Assembly (NCBI GenBank): GCA_963811705.1
Contig: CAWESL010000015.1
Location: 24,757-88,756 of the forward strand
Length of the DNA: 64,000 bases
Reading direction: 5' to 3'
Source: Ignavibacteriota bacterium
GTDB lineage: Bacteria > Bacteroidota > Ignavibacteria > UBA10030 > UBA6906
Of this stretch, positions 8,714 through 17,854 are shown in pieces (within the stretch, counting starts at the first letter, position 1; each line of letters opens with the position of its first letter). The position numbers were made by a program, and so were the translations under genes. The notes below the pieces were generated by a model. It had not been told where the DNA came from and did no database searches. It saw only the letters and a program-made list of their open reading frames with translations.

Positions 8714-9595
8714 ATGACCTTGCGCAAGATCTTCATCGCTCTTGCGATCCTCCAGCCATTGGCGGTCTCCTGGAACGTCTTCGCGCAGCGCAATGTCGCA
8801 CTTGACACAAGTGTGTCGGCAGGCGTGAATCCTGGCCGGCTCGCGATCGTCGGCGCCATCACAGGGGCAACCGTGGTTGGAGTGCATCTCTATCAACAGC
8901 AGGCGTGGTGGCAGGGACCAAGAGCGCCGTTCCGGTTCGAGAACGATTGGGATTATGCCATGAATGTGGACAAACAAGGCCACGCTTACGGCGCGTATCT
9001 CCTGTCGCATCTCTTCGGCTATGCGATGCGCTGGAGCGGCGAGGATCAGCCGTCAAGCGCGCTTTACGGTTCGCTGTTCGGGCTTGGCTATCAATTATAT
9101 GTCGAAGTGGAGGACGGGTTCCACAAGGATTACGGGTTCAGTCCGGGGGACGCGATTTCGGACGTCGCCGGTGCGTCCGTTCCCCTGCTGCAGGAAACCT
9201 TTCCCGTGCTCAAATCCTTCGCGCTGAAATGGAGCTACTACCCCAGCAAGGAATATCTCGACGCGCTGAAACAACAACAGTCGCGGGTCTTCATCGACGA
9301 CTACGAGGGGCAGATCTACTGGTACTCCTGGACGCCACGCGCCGCGTTCGACGGACCGTCGCTCTCCTGGCTCCCCGAGTGGCTGGGGGTGTCGGTCGGG
9401 TTTGGCGCGCGTCAACTCTACGATCCGTCGCTGCGTCATCGCATCGTCGCGGTGACTCTGGATGTCAGCCTGTCGCGTATTCACACGGGGAGTGATTTCG
9501 TCAACGCCGTGCTGACCGCCCTCGACCATATCCACGTCCCGTCGCCGGGATTCATCGTCGAGCGCGGCGTGGTAACCTTCGGAATCATCTACTGA
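8714..9595 (+). CDS. Exported DUF2279-like (YfiM-like) protein
   Basis: GGAGGG RBS precedes the ATG at 8714. The signal peptide is MTLRKIFIALAILQPLAVSWNVFAQ. The core 'DKQGHAYGAYLLSHLF...GFSPGDAISDVAG' resembles the DUF2279 lipoprotein family. Confidence 0.65.
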   Translation: MTLRKIFIALAILQPLAVSWNVFAQRNVALDTSVSAGVNPGRLAIVGAITGATVVGVHLYQQQAWWQGPRAPFRFENDWDYAMNVDKQGHAYGAYLLSHLFGYAMRWSGEDQPSSALYGSLFGLGYQLYVEVEDGFHKDYGFSPGDAISDVAGASVPLLQETFPVLKSFALKWSYYPSKEYLDALKQQQSRVFIDDYEGQIYWYSWTPRAAFDGPSLSWLPEWLGVSVGFGARQLYDPSLRHRIVAVTLDVSLSRIHTGSDFVNAVLTALDHIHVPSPGFIVERGVVTFGIIY

Positions 9596-10197
9596 TGAAA
9601 CGCCTCCTGACACTGATGCTCTTCGGAACGACCTTGCTGTTCAACGAGAACGCTGTCGGTGCAGAGAGGGACACCGCGACCGTGTGGATCCCGGGAGTGT
9701 TGTTCTCCTTCGGCACGACCGACGGATTCATCGTGAACAATGGCAACGTCCTCTCGGTATGGCTGGGAGCCGGATACGATCTCTCTCCCTCGTGGCGAGT
9801 CTCGGCGCTCTTTTCGACCGGGCATCATCACATCGACCCTGCGGCGGGCCGGCCTGTTTCCGGGACGCTTCTGCTCGGAGCGGGCACGCTGGAGATTCTC
9901 TACATCATGCAGAGCAATGCGCCAATCGCCCCCTTTGCAGGCGTCGGCGCAGGCATTGCAACGATTCTCGACCCTCAGAGCCGCGGGTACAACGGCTGGA
10001 TGGCCGATATCAGGGCCGGTGTTGAATGGCGACCCTCTGCCGCGTTCAGCGTGGATGGATTTCTCGGGTGGAATGCATGGACGTGGCAGAACGGCGTCGG
10101 GGACAATGTCGCTCCGTTTGAACCATTTCATGTCGGCGACGTCTCGCTGGGTATCAGCATGATTTTCCACCCTGTGTTTCACCGTCAACGGCTGTGA
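9595..10197 (+). CDS. Small outer-membrane beta-barrel-like protein
   Basis: It has an ATGA start/stop overlap with the upstream gene. A signal peptide is present (MKRLLTLMLFGTTLLFNENAVGA). Alternating hydrophobic, Gly- and aromatic-rich strands run through its 200 aa. Confidence 0.6.
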   Translation: MKRLLTLMLFGTTLLFNENAVGAERDTATVWIPGVLFSFGTTDGFIVNNGNVLSVWLGAGYDLSPSWRVSALFSTGHHHIDPAAGRPVSGTLLLGAGTLEILYIMQSNAPIAPFAGVGAGIATILDPQSRGYNGWMADIRAGVEWRPSAAFSVDGFLGWNAWTWQNGVGDNVAPFEPFHVGDVSLGISMIFHPVFHRQRL

Positions 10198-10231
10198 TCA
10201 CAAAACGTGTAATCAAGAAATCATCGATGCC

Positions 10232-11530
10232 ATGAGTTCACTCTGTGAATGGTCCGGTCGAAGGCGAGTCGTGTCGCTGGTCGTTCTGGCCTTCGCCGTT
10301 CTGAGCGGTGCAACTGCCCGGAACTCAACCGACACTGTCCGACTGTCCATCAATGACGCCGAGACCCGATTTCTGCACGGCAACCTCCAGCTTCTTGCCG
10401 CGCGGCTGGGGATCGAAGGGGCACGGGCGCAGGTGCTGCAGGCGGGGCTGTGGAACAACCCCAATCTTGCGTTCGAGCAGAACATCTACAATCCGGAGAC
10501 CCAGCGCTACTTTGACTTTACGAAGGACGGGAACAGCGAATTGCAGATCCAACAGCTGGTCCTCCTTGCGGGCAAACGCGGAGAGCAGGTCCGTCTTGCG
10601 CAGGCCAATGTTTCCCTCTCGGAAACGTCCTTCCTGGACCTCCTCCGTTCATTGAAGCTGCAATTGCGCACCGACCTCAATGATCTCTATTACCTTCGTC
10701 AATCCGTCGCATTCTATGACGAAAGCCTCGCTGCGTTGACGAGCACCATAACGACGGCGACGCGCATGTACGAGGGCAGGACGCTGCTCCTCGCCGAACT
10801 TCTCCGCCTGAAGTCTCTGTATTTCTCGCTCGCGAACGAGCGGCTCGGCCTGGTCATGCAGATGGAAGGGATTCAGCAAGACCTGAAGATCCTCCTTCGT
10901 GATACTTCCGCACAGACCCCGGTCTATCTGCCGCGGATCGATACCGCACGGGCCGGGTTCGAACAGATCTCGCTCGATTCGGCGCTTGTCCTGGCAACGC
11001 AGTCCCGCCCCGACCTCAGGGTCGCTGCAGCCACGGTCTCGCTCGACGAAGCGAATCTCTCTCTGCAGAAATCGCTTGCCGTTCCCGATCTCACCGTTGC
11101 CGGAAGGTGGTCCCGCGCCGGGAGCTACATTCCGGATTACTTCGCCGTGAGCGTCGCCATCGATCTCCCCCTGTTCAACAGGAACCAGGGAAATATCCTT
11201 GCGGCGGAACGGACGCTGGACGCTGATCGTGCGAACCTTCAGGCCGCCCGGCTGCGCGTGGAGAAGGATGTCGATCTTGCGTATAAGAAAGCGCTGGAAT
11301 CGGACAGGCTGCTCGGGTCCTCCAGCAGATCGTTCGCGACAGAATATGCCACACTCGTCGGCGGGATGATTTCCAATTACCAGAAACGGTACATCAACAT
11401 TCTCGAGTTTGCAGACTTCTTCGAGTCATACCGTACCAGCATGATGCAGATGTATCAGCTGCAGAACAATCGGCTCGATGCCCTGGAAGCGCTGAACTAT
11501 GCGGTTGGTATGGACCTGGTGAAGCCCTAA
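10232..11530 (+). CDS. czcC: TolC/CzcC-family outer membrane efflux protein
   Basis: The ORF is 432 aa. It has the OEP-family pattern 'LSINDAETRFLHGNLQLLAARLGIEGARAQVLQAGLWNNPNL' and two repeated helical halves. It is the first gene of the RND operon. Confidence 0.85.
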   Translation: MSSLCEWSGRRRVVSLVVLAFAVLSGATARNSTDTVRLSINDAETRFLHGNLQLLAARLGIEGARAQVLQAGLWNNPNLAFEQNIYNPETQRYFDFTKDGNSELQIQQLVLLAGKRGEQVRLAQANVSLSETSFLDLLRSLKLQLRTDLNDLYYLRQSVAFYDESLAALTSTITTATRMYEGRTLLLAELLRLKSLYFSLANERLGLVMQMEGIQQDLKILLRDTSAQTPVYLPRIDTARAGFEQISLDSALVLATQSRPDLRVAAATVSLDEANLSLQKSLAVPDLTVAGRWSRAGSYIPDYFAVSVAIDLPLFNRNQGNILAAERTLDADRANLQAARLRVEKDVDLAYKKALESDRLLGSSSRSFATEYATLVGGMISNYQKRYINILEFADFFESYRTSMMQMYQLQNNRLDALEALNYAVGMDLVKP

Positions 11531-11550
11531 GGGATCGGAAAGGAAGAACT

Positions 11551-12534
11551 ATGCGCTTACAACAGATGACAGGGCTGGTCGTGATGCTTTCTGTCGTTGC
11601 TCTCTCCTGGAACGGATGCACGGACAAGAGCTCGGCGGACCAGCAATCGTCCAAGCCGCTTGTTGCGCGGGTGACGAACGACGGGGAAACCATCACATTC
11701 CCGGACGGATGCCCCGGTCTCGAGCAAATCCAATCGCAGGTGGTCAAACGCCAAACCGCGATTGTGAGTGTGCTCGCTCCGTCCCGGGTTGTCGCGAGCA
11801 TTCGGTACATCGGGGCATCGGGCGAGCGGGCGGTCCTCTTCGATTCGCCGGATGTCACCACGCTCTACTCGCAGTTCCGGCAGGCGCGGACAAACGTTCA
11901 AAAGACGGAGTTGAATCTGCGTCGCGTCAACGACATGTATGCGACGCAGGGAGCGACGGCGCGGGACGTGACTGAGGCGCAGACCGATGCGGCGAATGCA
12001 CGGGCAGGCATGGCGGAGGCGGAAGGGAAACTTCTCGCTCTGGGCTTCAATCCGAACGAACTTGACAAGGCCGCACCCGGGACCATCTGGCTCATTTCCG
12101 ACGTCAACGACACCCAGCTCGGCGATGTTCAGCAGGGCGAAGACGTCGACATCTACTTCAACGCGTTTCCGGAGAAGAAATTTCCCGGCCGGGCGGTGGC
12201 CATTGGCGGAGTCCTTGATCCGACGACGCGGACGGTCAAGGTTCGGGTGGAGGCCAGTAACCCGGCCGGGTTGTTTCTCCCCGGAATGTTCGCACGCGTG
12301 GATTACGGCGATCCGGTAAACAACGTGATTGTCGTTCCGGTGTCGGCTATCGTCACGGTCGAAGGGAATGACTATGTGTTCGTCGAGACAGCACCGCACG
12401 TGTTCGAACGGCGGGAGATCAGCACCCGTTACCCCAGCAAGACGAGCGTGGTCGTCCTGACGGGCGTCAACGCGGGCGATCACGTCGTGGTCGCAGGTGC
12501 GATGCTCCTGAAAGGTCTCAGTTTTGGTTATTGA
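11551..12534 (+). CDS. czcB: Efflux RND periplasmic adaptor (membrane fusion protein, CzcB/HlyD family)
   Basis: AAAGGAAG RBS is present. A lipobox-like 'LSWNGC' follows the start. A coiled-coil hairpin segment and a beta-barrel segment ('GMFARVDYG...VVPVSAIV') are recognisable. The ORF is 327 aa. Confidence 0.85.
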   Translation: MRLQQMTGLVVMLSVVALSWNGCTDKSSADQQSSKPLVARVTNDGETITFPDGCPGLEQIQSQVVKRQTAIVSVLAPSRVVASIRYIGASGERAVLFDSPDVTTLYSQFRQARTNVQKTELNLRRVNDMYATQGATARDVTEAQTDAANARAGMAEAEGKLLALGFNPNELDKAAPGTIWLISDVNDTQLGDVQQGEDVDIYFNAFPEKKFPGRAVAIGGVLDPTTRTVKVRVEASNPAGLFLPGMFARVDYGDPVNNVIVVPVSAIVTVEGNDYVFVETAPHVFERREISTRYPSKTSVVVLTGVNAGDHVVVAGAMLLKGLSFGY

Positions 12535-12540
12535 TCGGAG

Positions 12541-13044
12541 ATGCAAATGATCAGGTTCGTCGTCCTCTGCCTTGTCGTCGCGGAGTTGATGCTCCGCGCC
12601 CCTGCGGCGGTCGCCGGGGAAAGCGATTCGCTTGAGACTCGTGCCCCGCGGGTCTCGTACTTGTTCGGTCCCGTGGTCGGCGTGCCGAGCGGCGTGGCGC
12701 TCATGGGCGGGATTATCGCACCCCCGCTTTCAGTCAGACTGTCCGGCGGATACTGGGGGAGCGATTGGAACGGGCTCCAGGCGGATGTGGGGTGGGTCTT
12801 TGATGCGGAAGGGCTACTCACCCAGGGAATCTTCGTGGTCGCAGGGACGTTTCGCGTCAACCCGCGACTCCTGACCGATCAAGGGATGCTGGTCAAGTCG
12901 GTGCGTCAGGACCGGTACGTCGGTCTCGCGTACGAAGTCGACTATTCCGGGTTCTTTCTTCAGGCGGGACTTGCGAAGGGGCGCGGAGATTATCCCAATC
13001 CCGAGGTGCTGCTTCAGGCCGGGTACCTGATTTCACTACGGTAA
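12541..13044 (+). CDS. Hypothetical exported protein, small beta-barrel-like
   Basis: ATG lies 6 nt after the czcB stop. A signal peptide ends in 'APAAVAGE'. Gly/aromatic-rich strand periodicity runs through its 167 aa. I do not recognise a family. Confidence 0.55.
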   Translation: MQMIRFVVLCLVVAELMLRAPAAVAGESDSLETRAPRVSYLFGPVVGVPSGVALMGGIIAPPLSVRLSGGYWGSDWNGLQADVGWVFDAEGLLTQGIFVVAGTFRVNPRLLTDQGMLVKSVRQDRYVGLAYEVDYSGFFLQAGLAKGRGDYPNPEVLLQAGYLISLR

Positions 13045-13054
13045 AAGGAGACTC

Positions 13055-13354
13055 ATGATCCAGGTTCAGGTGTTCTTCGACGAAGATGATCGTTACGAAG
13101 AGGCGCCGATGTACGAATATCTGATGCGCTACCTCATCCATCACGACATCCGGGGCGCCACCTTGATTTCCGCCATGGGCGGGTTTGGAGCGAAGCATCA
13201 CCTCCATTTCCCGCGGAAGCTGGGGACGGCGGATGAAGGGCCGCTTCTGTTACTGTTCATCGACACCGAGGAAAAAGTCCGAAGAGTCCTCCCGCACCTG
13301 AAGGTCGTTCTCCAGCAGGGACTCATCGTTATGACGACCGTGGAGGTGGTATGA
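13055..13354 (+). CDS. DUF190 (PII-like fold) protein
   Basis: AAAAGGAG RBS is present. The 99-aa ORF has 'GATLISAMGGFGAKHHLH...PLLLLFIDTEEKVRRVLPHLKVVLQQGLIVMTTVEVV', which matches the DUF190/COG1993 pattern. Confidence 0.8.
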   Translation: MIQVQVFFDEDDRYEEAPMYEYLMRYLIHHDIRGATLISAMGGFGAKHHLHFPRKLGTADEGPLLLLFIDTEEKVRRVLPHLKVVLQQGLIVMTTVEVV

Positions 13355-13373
13355 TCATGAAGGAGCATGCGCT

Positions 13374-14306
13374 ATGGCCCGATGGCTGTTGATCCTTGCA
13401 TCCGTGACCAGTTTGGTCATCGCCGTGACCTGTGCAGGGGCACAGACGCGATCATCGGATTTTGTCGGGACCGGGGATCTGCGCACCGATCTTTTCGGCT
13501 TCACGGAATTGCAGGGGCTGTCCCACTCCTGGCATGGCGACAGCACGCTGGCGCCGGCAACCGAACGGAAGTCCCCCATTCTTGCTGCCGGTCTCTCGCT
13601 CGTGGTGCCGGGGGCGGGGGAATTCTACAGCGGGACATATTGGAAAGCCGCCCTGTTCTTTGCTGCCGAAGCCGCGTTGTGGAGTCTGGCGTATTCCTAC
13701 AACAAACGCGGCGACCGGGGAACTGACGCATTTAATACCTTTGCCGACACGCACTGGAGTGTCGTGCGCTATATCGACTATACGCTGAAGAACCTTGTGC
13801 CATCCGGTTCGCAATACAATCTCTGGAAGAGCGGGGGTCCGCCTCCATCGACCGTGCCGGATCCATGGGACTATGTCAACTGGAGCGAATTGAACAGGAT
13901 GGAACACGATGTCTCAGCGACTTCGGAAGGGTCGTTCTATTCTCACACGCTCCCGGTCCACGGCGACCAGCAATACTATGAAGAGATCGGGAAATACGAG
14001 CAGTTCAATTCCGGGTGGGACGATGTGAGCCCGAACCTGCCGCCGGACTATGCGACGATCAAGGCGAATGAGTCCGCGAACGCTCTCTCGTACACCTATC
14101 AGCGGGCGCAGGCGAACGGATTTTACACGAAGGCAGCGACGTTCGTCGCCGTCGCCCTGGTGAACCACCTGGTGAGCGCCATCGATGCGGCGTTCTCCGC
14201 CTCGGCCTATAACCACGCAATCCGTGCCGAGGTCGGCGTGCAGACAGTGCCCGACGGGCTCGGCTCGGTTTCAGTGCCGGTCGTTACGATTCTTGTCAAC
14301 TTCTGA
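13374..14306 (+). CDS. Exported/membrane protein with a DUF5683-like segment
   Basis: AAGGAG RBS lies 9 nt upstream. A signal peptide is present. The membrane hairpin 'LAAGLSLVVPGAGEFYSGTYWKAALFFAAEAALWSLAYSY' resembles DUF5683. The ORF is 310 aa. Confidence 0.6.
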   Translation: MARWLLILASVTSLVIAVTCAGAQTRSSDFVGTGDLRTDLFGFTELQGLSHSWHGDSTLAPATERKSPILAAGLSLVVPGAGEFYSGTYWKAALFFAAEAALWSLAYSYNKRGDRGTDAFNTFADTHWSVVRYIDYTLKNLVPSGSQYNLWKSGGPPPSTVPDPWDYVNWSELNRMEHDVSATSEGSFYSHTLPVHGDQQYYEEIGKYEQFNSGWDDVSPNLPPDYATIKANESANALSYTYQRAQANGFYTKAATFVAVALVNHLVSAIDAAFSASAYNHAIRAEVGVQTVPDGLGSVSVPVVTILVNF

Positions 14307-14337
14307 TTGTCCAACAACTCCAGAAAGGAACTTCGTC

Positions 14338-14508
14338 ATGGGAAATATCGGCGTCCCGGAACTGCTCGTCATTCTTTTCATGATCCTCATTTTCTTCGGT
14401 CCCAAGAAGATCCCCGAGATTGCCCAGGGCCTCGGGAAAGGGATCCGCGAATTCAGGAAGGCCGCCCGGGAGCTCGATACAGAGTTGAAGAAGGATGACA
14501 AGGACTGA
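14338..14508 (+). CDS. tatA: Twin-arginine translocase subunit TatA/E
   Basis: The internal ATG at 14338 of ORF 14185..14508 follows an AAAGGAA RBS. The 56-aa product 'MGNIGVPELLVILFMILIFFGPKKIPEIAQGLGKGIREFRKA' is a textbook TatA. Confidence 0.88.
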   Translation: MGNIGVPELLVILFMILIFFGPKKIPEIAQGLGKGIREFRKAARELDTELKKDDKD

Positions 14509-14550
14509 AACGCAAAACACGCACGACGCTGAAAGAGAATCCTCTCCGCT

Positions 14551-17500
14551 ATGATACGTCGACTTCTTTCGTTTGCCCTGAATCAGCGCTTCGGGACGCT
14601 GGCGTTTACGCTAATCCTGATCGTGGTTGGTGTCTGGTCCTGGATCAACCTCAAGAAAGAAGCGTATCCCGACGTCGGCGACACCCAGGTCACCGTGATC
14701 ACGCAATTCCCGGGACGCGCCGCCACCGAGGTGGAGCAGCAGATCACGCTCCCGCTCGAGCGCGCGCTCAACGGCGTCCCACGGGTGATCACCCGACGGT
14801 CCAAGACCATTTTCGGGCTGTCGGTCATCCAGCTCACGTTCGAGGACGGTGTCGACGACTACTTCGCCCGTCAGCGGGTGCTGGAGAAGCTCAACGACGC
14901 GGTTCTTCCCGACGGCGTCACTCCCACACTCGGCCCGTTGACCGGACCGGTCGATGAAATCTTCCGGTATGTGATCGAGGGGACGAACAGCTACACGCCG
15001 ATGCAGCTGCGCACGCTTCAGGACTGGGTGATTGTTCCACGACTGCTCCAGGTGCCCGGCATCGCCGACGTCATCAATTTCGGCGGACTCGTCAAGCAGT
15101 ACCACGTGATCACGTCTCCGGACAGGCTGCTGCGGTACAATCTTACCATCCAGAGTGTCATCGACGCGATCACCGCGAACAACATCAACACCGGCGGGAA
15201 CATCATCAACCGCGGTGGGCAGGGCTTCATCGTCAGGGAAGTCGGCGCGATCCGGACAAAGGACGACCTGGGGTCGATCGTCGTCGCGTCGTACAACGGC
15301 GTGCCGGTGTTCGTTCGCGATCTCGGGAGTGTCGAGGAGTATCCGCTTCCGCCGACGGGAATCCTCGGGTATACCATCCGCACCGGCGACTCGAGCTTCA
15401 TCGACGTCAACTCCGGCGTCCAGGGACTCGTGGCAATGCGTCGCGGAGAGAATCCTTCCGATGTCGTCGATCGGCTCAAGGACCGCGTGAAGGAAATCAA
15501 CGACAACGATCTTCCGCCCGGGGTCCGTCTCCGCATCACCTACGACCGGAGCGATCTGGTCAACCATACGATCGATACCGTCTCCCGCACGCTCTTCGAG
15601 GGATTTTCGATCGTCATCATCGTGCTGATGTTCTTCATGGGAAGCGTCCGTTCGGCCCTGGTCGTGGCGACAACAATCCCGATCGCGATGCTGTTCGCCT
15701 TCACGATGACAAAACTGACCGGAATACCGGCGAACCTCCTGTCGCTCGGTGCGGTGGATTTCGGCATCATCGTGGACGGCGCCGTCGTGATGGTCGAGAA
15801 TATCATGCGGAGATACAGTCATGCGACGACAGAGGAAAAACAGCAGGGGATCGTCCGGTTTACCCTGAGTGCCGCGCAGGAAGTGGGACGGGAGATTTTC
15901 TTCTCCATTGCCATCATCATCCTCGCCTATCTTCCCATTTTTTCCTTTCAGCGAGTCGAGGGCAAGTTGTTCTCGCCGATGGCGTATACGCTCGCGTTCG
16001 CTGTCACGGGTTCGATGATTCTTGCGCTGACGACGATCCCCGTTCTCATGACGTTCATTTACCGCAGGCACTTCTCTGCCGACCGTGCCGGCCCGCTGGA
16101 GTGGAAAAACCCGGTCTACGTCTGGCTGGAGAAGGCCTATGCGCGACTCATCAGTATCCTGGCGCCAAAGGCCCGTTGGGCAGTGCCGGCAATTTTCGGC
16201 ATCGTCGTCATCGTCATCGTCGCGGGCATGCATGTCATCGGCACCGAATTCCTGCCCGAGCTGGATGAAGGCGCCATGAACATTCGGTGCTTCTTCCCCG
16301 TGGGCATCTCCCTCGATGAGGCGGCGAAGTATGTTCCGACGATCAGGCATGTCATCTTCCGGCACAAGGAAGTGAATGTCGTGATCTCGCAACTCGGCCG
16401 CAATGACGACGGGACGGACCCCTACGGGCCGAACAGACTGGAGATCCTCGTCGGGCTCAAGGACTATTCCCAGTGGAAAAGGGACATCACCAAAGCCCAG
16501 TTGTTGAAGGAAGTGCGGAGCGAGCTCGAGTCTGCGGTCCCGGGTGCGTTGTTCTCGTTCTCGCAGCCGATCCTGGACAATGTGACGGAAGCGGTGACGG
16601 GAAGCGTCGCGGACCTTGCCATCCTCATCAGCGGCGATGATCTCACCCTGATGCGCCAAAAAGCCGATTCGATCCTCGATGTCATCAAGACCGTCCGTGG
16701 GGCGACGGAGTACGGCATCGAACAGGAGGGGAACCAGGCCCAACTTGTCGTCGAGATCAACCGGGCCGCCGCAGCACGGTTCGGGATCAACGTGAGCGAT
16801 ATCCAGCGAATGATCGAAGCGGCGATTGGCGGCAAACCGATCGGGCAATTGTACGACGGTGTCGGGCGATTCGACATTGTGGTCCGGTACGCCTCGTTGT
16901 ACCGCTCCTCCATCGGAGCAATCCAGAACCTGTTGGTGCCTGCCCCCGGGGGGAGCCGCGTTCCGTTGTCGGAACTTGCCACGATCCGCCTCACGGATGG
17001 ACCCACCGTCATTCAGCGGGAGGATGGGAAACGCCAGATCTCCGTGCGGACCAATATCCGTGGGAGGGACCAGGCCGGGTTCGTTGCCGAAGCGCAAGAG
17101 AAGGTCATGCGCGCGATCTCCCTTCCGCGGAACTATACGCTGGACTGGGGCGGACAGTTCGAAAACCTCTCCCGTGCCGCGGCGCGTCTCGAGATCGTCA
17201 TTCCCCTGACCATCGGCATCATCTTCCTGATACTCTTCTCGATGTACAAAAGCGTCAGGAATGTGATGGTCGCGATGTCCATCATCCCTTTCGGGGTGAT
17301 GGGCGGGCTCATCGCCCTCTTGGTCCGGGGGTACAGTTTCAACGTGTCGGCCGGCGTCGGGTTCATCTCGCTGTTCGGGATCTCCATCATGAACGGGGTT
17401 CTGTACGTTTCCCGCGCGAATCGTTTGCGGGAAGACGAAGGGATGGAACTCGATGAGGCGGTGCAACGCGCGGCCGTCATTCAGCTCCGGCCTCTCATGA

Positions 17501-17700
17501 TGACGATGATCCTCGCGATCTTCGGATTGATCCCCGCAGCCCGGGCGACGGGAATCGGTTCGGACGTTCAACGGCCTCTTGCAACGGTGATTGTGGGCGG
17601 GCTGCTCTCGGCATTGGTCCTCAGTCTGATTGTCCTTCCGCCCCTTTATCTTCTGGTGGAACGGTGGGGGCACAGGAGGAGGACACCGTCCGCATTGTAA
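14551..17700 (+). CDS. czcA: CusA/CzcA-family heavy-metal efflux RND transporter
   Basis: The ORF is 1049 aa with 12-TM RND architecture. The N-terminus 'LNQRFGTLAFTLILIVVGVWSWINLKKEAYPDVGDTQVTVITQFPGRAATEVEQQITLPLE' is typical of the HME-RND family. Confidence 0.95.
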   Translation: MIRRLLSFALNQRFGTLAFTLILIVVGVWSWINLKKEAYPDVGDTQVTVITQFPGRAATEVEQQITLPLERALNGVPRVITRRSKTIFGLSVIQLTFEDGVDDYFARQRVLEKLNDAVLPDGVTPTLGPLTGPVDEIFRYVIEGTNSYTPMQLRTLQDWVIVPRLLQVPGIADVINFGGLVKQYHVITSPDRLLRYNLTIQSVIDAITANNINTGGNIINRGGQGFIVREVGAIRTKDDLGSIVVASYNGVPVFVRDLGSVEEYPLPPTGILGYTIRTGDSSFIDVNSGVQGLVAMRRGENPSDVVDRLKDRVKEINDNDLPPGVRLRITYDRSDLVNHTIDTVSRTLFEGFSIVIIVLMFFMGSVRSALVVATTIPIAMLFAFTMTKLTGIPANLLSLGAVDFGIIVDGAVVMVENIMRRYSHATTEEKQQGIVRFTLSAAQEVGREIFFSIAIIILAYLPIFSFQRVEGKLFSPMAYTLAFAVTGSMILALTTIPVLMTFIYRRHFSADRAGPLEWKNPVYVWLEKAYARLISILAPKARWAVPAIFGIVVIVIVAGMHVIGTEFLPELDEGAMNIRCFFPVGISLDEAAKYVPTIRHVIFRHKEVNVVISQLGRNDDGTDPYGPNRLEILVGLKDYSQWKRDITKAQLLKEVRSELESAVPGALFSFSQPILDNVTEAVTGSVADLAILISGDDLTLMRQKADSILDVIKTVRGATEYGIEQEGNQAQLVVEINRAAAARFGINVSDIQRMIEAAIGGKPIGQLYDGVGRFDIVVRYASLYRSSIGAIQNLLVPAPGGSRVPLSELATIRLTDGPTVIQREDGKRQISVRTNIRGRDQAGFVAEAQEKVMRAISLPRNYTLDWGGQFENLSRAAARLEIVIPLTIGIIFLILFSMYKSVRNVMVAMSIIPFGVMGGLIALLVRGYSFNVSAGVGFISLFGISIMNGVLYVSRANRLREDEGMELDEAVQRAAVIQLRPLMMTMILAIFGLIPAARATGIGSDVQRPLATVIVGGLLSALVLSLIVLPPLYLLVERWGHRRRTPSAL

Positions 17701-17854
17701 CTCAAGGCACGAACGCGGAGCACGTGTGTGCTGTTGTTAGAAAAGGTGGCCCTCGAGGATGGCTTGGAGGAGTTGTCCCAAAAACCTACGATTATTCGCC
17801 TTTATCGCAGAATGATGACTTCCGCGCTTGCAATTTCTATGAGTTTTTCAGAGT

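Noticed and set aside
8485-8862. 125-aa minus-strand ORF overlapping the start of the DUF2279-like gene.
   Set aside because: Its 5' two-thirds run antisense through the RBS and signal-peptide region of a well-supported gene. Only the 58-aa distal part, from ATG 8661, remains a weak candidate; see the finding at 7990-8862.
14611-17673. 1020-aa minus-strand ORF covering almost all of czcA.
   Set aside because: czcA on the plus strand is unambiguous (12-TM RND signature). The antisense product is D/R/H/G/P-rich with runs such as 'DDDDDDD' and no hydrophobic core. It is a shadow ORF.
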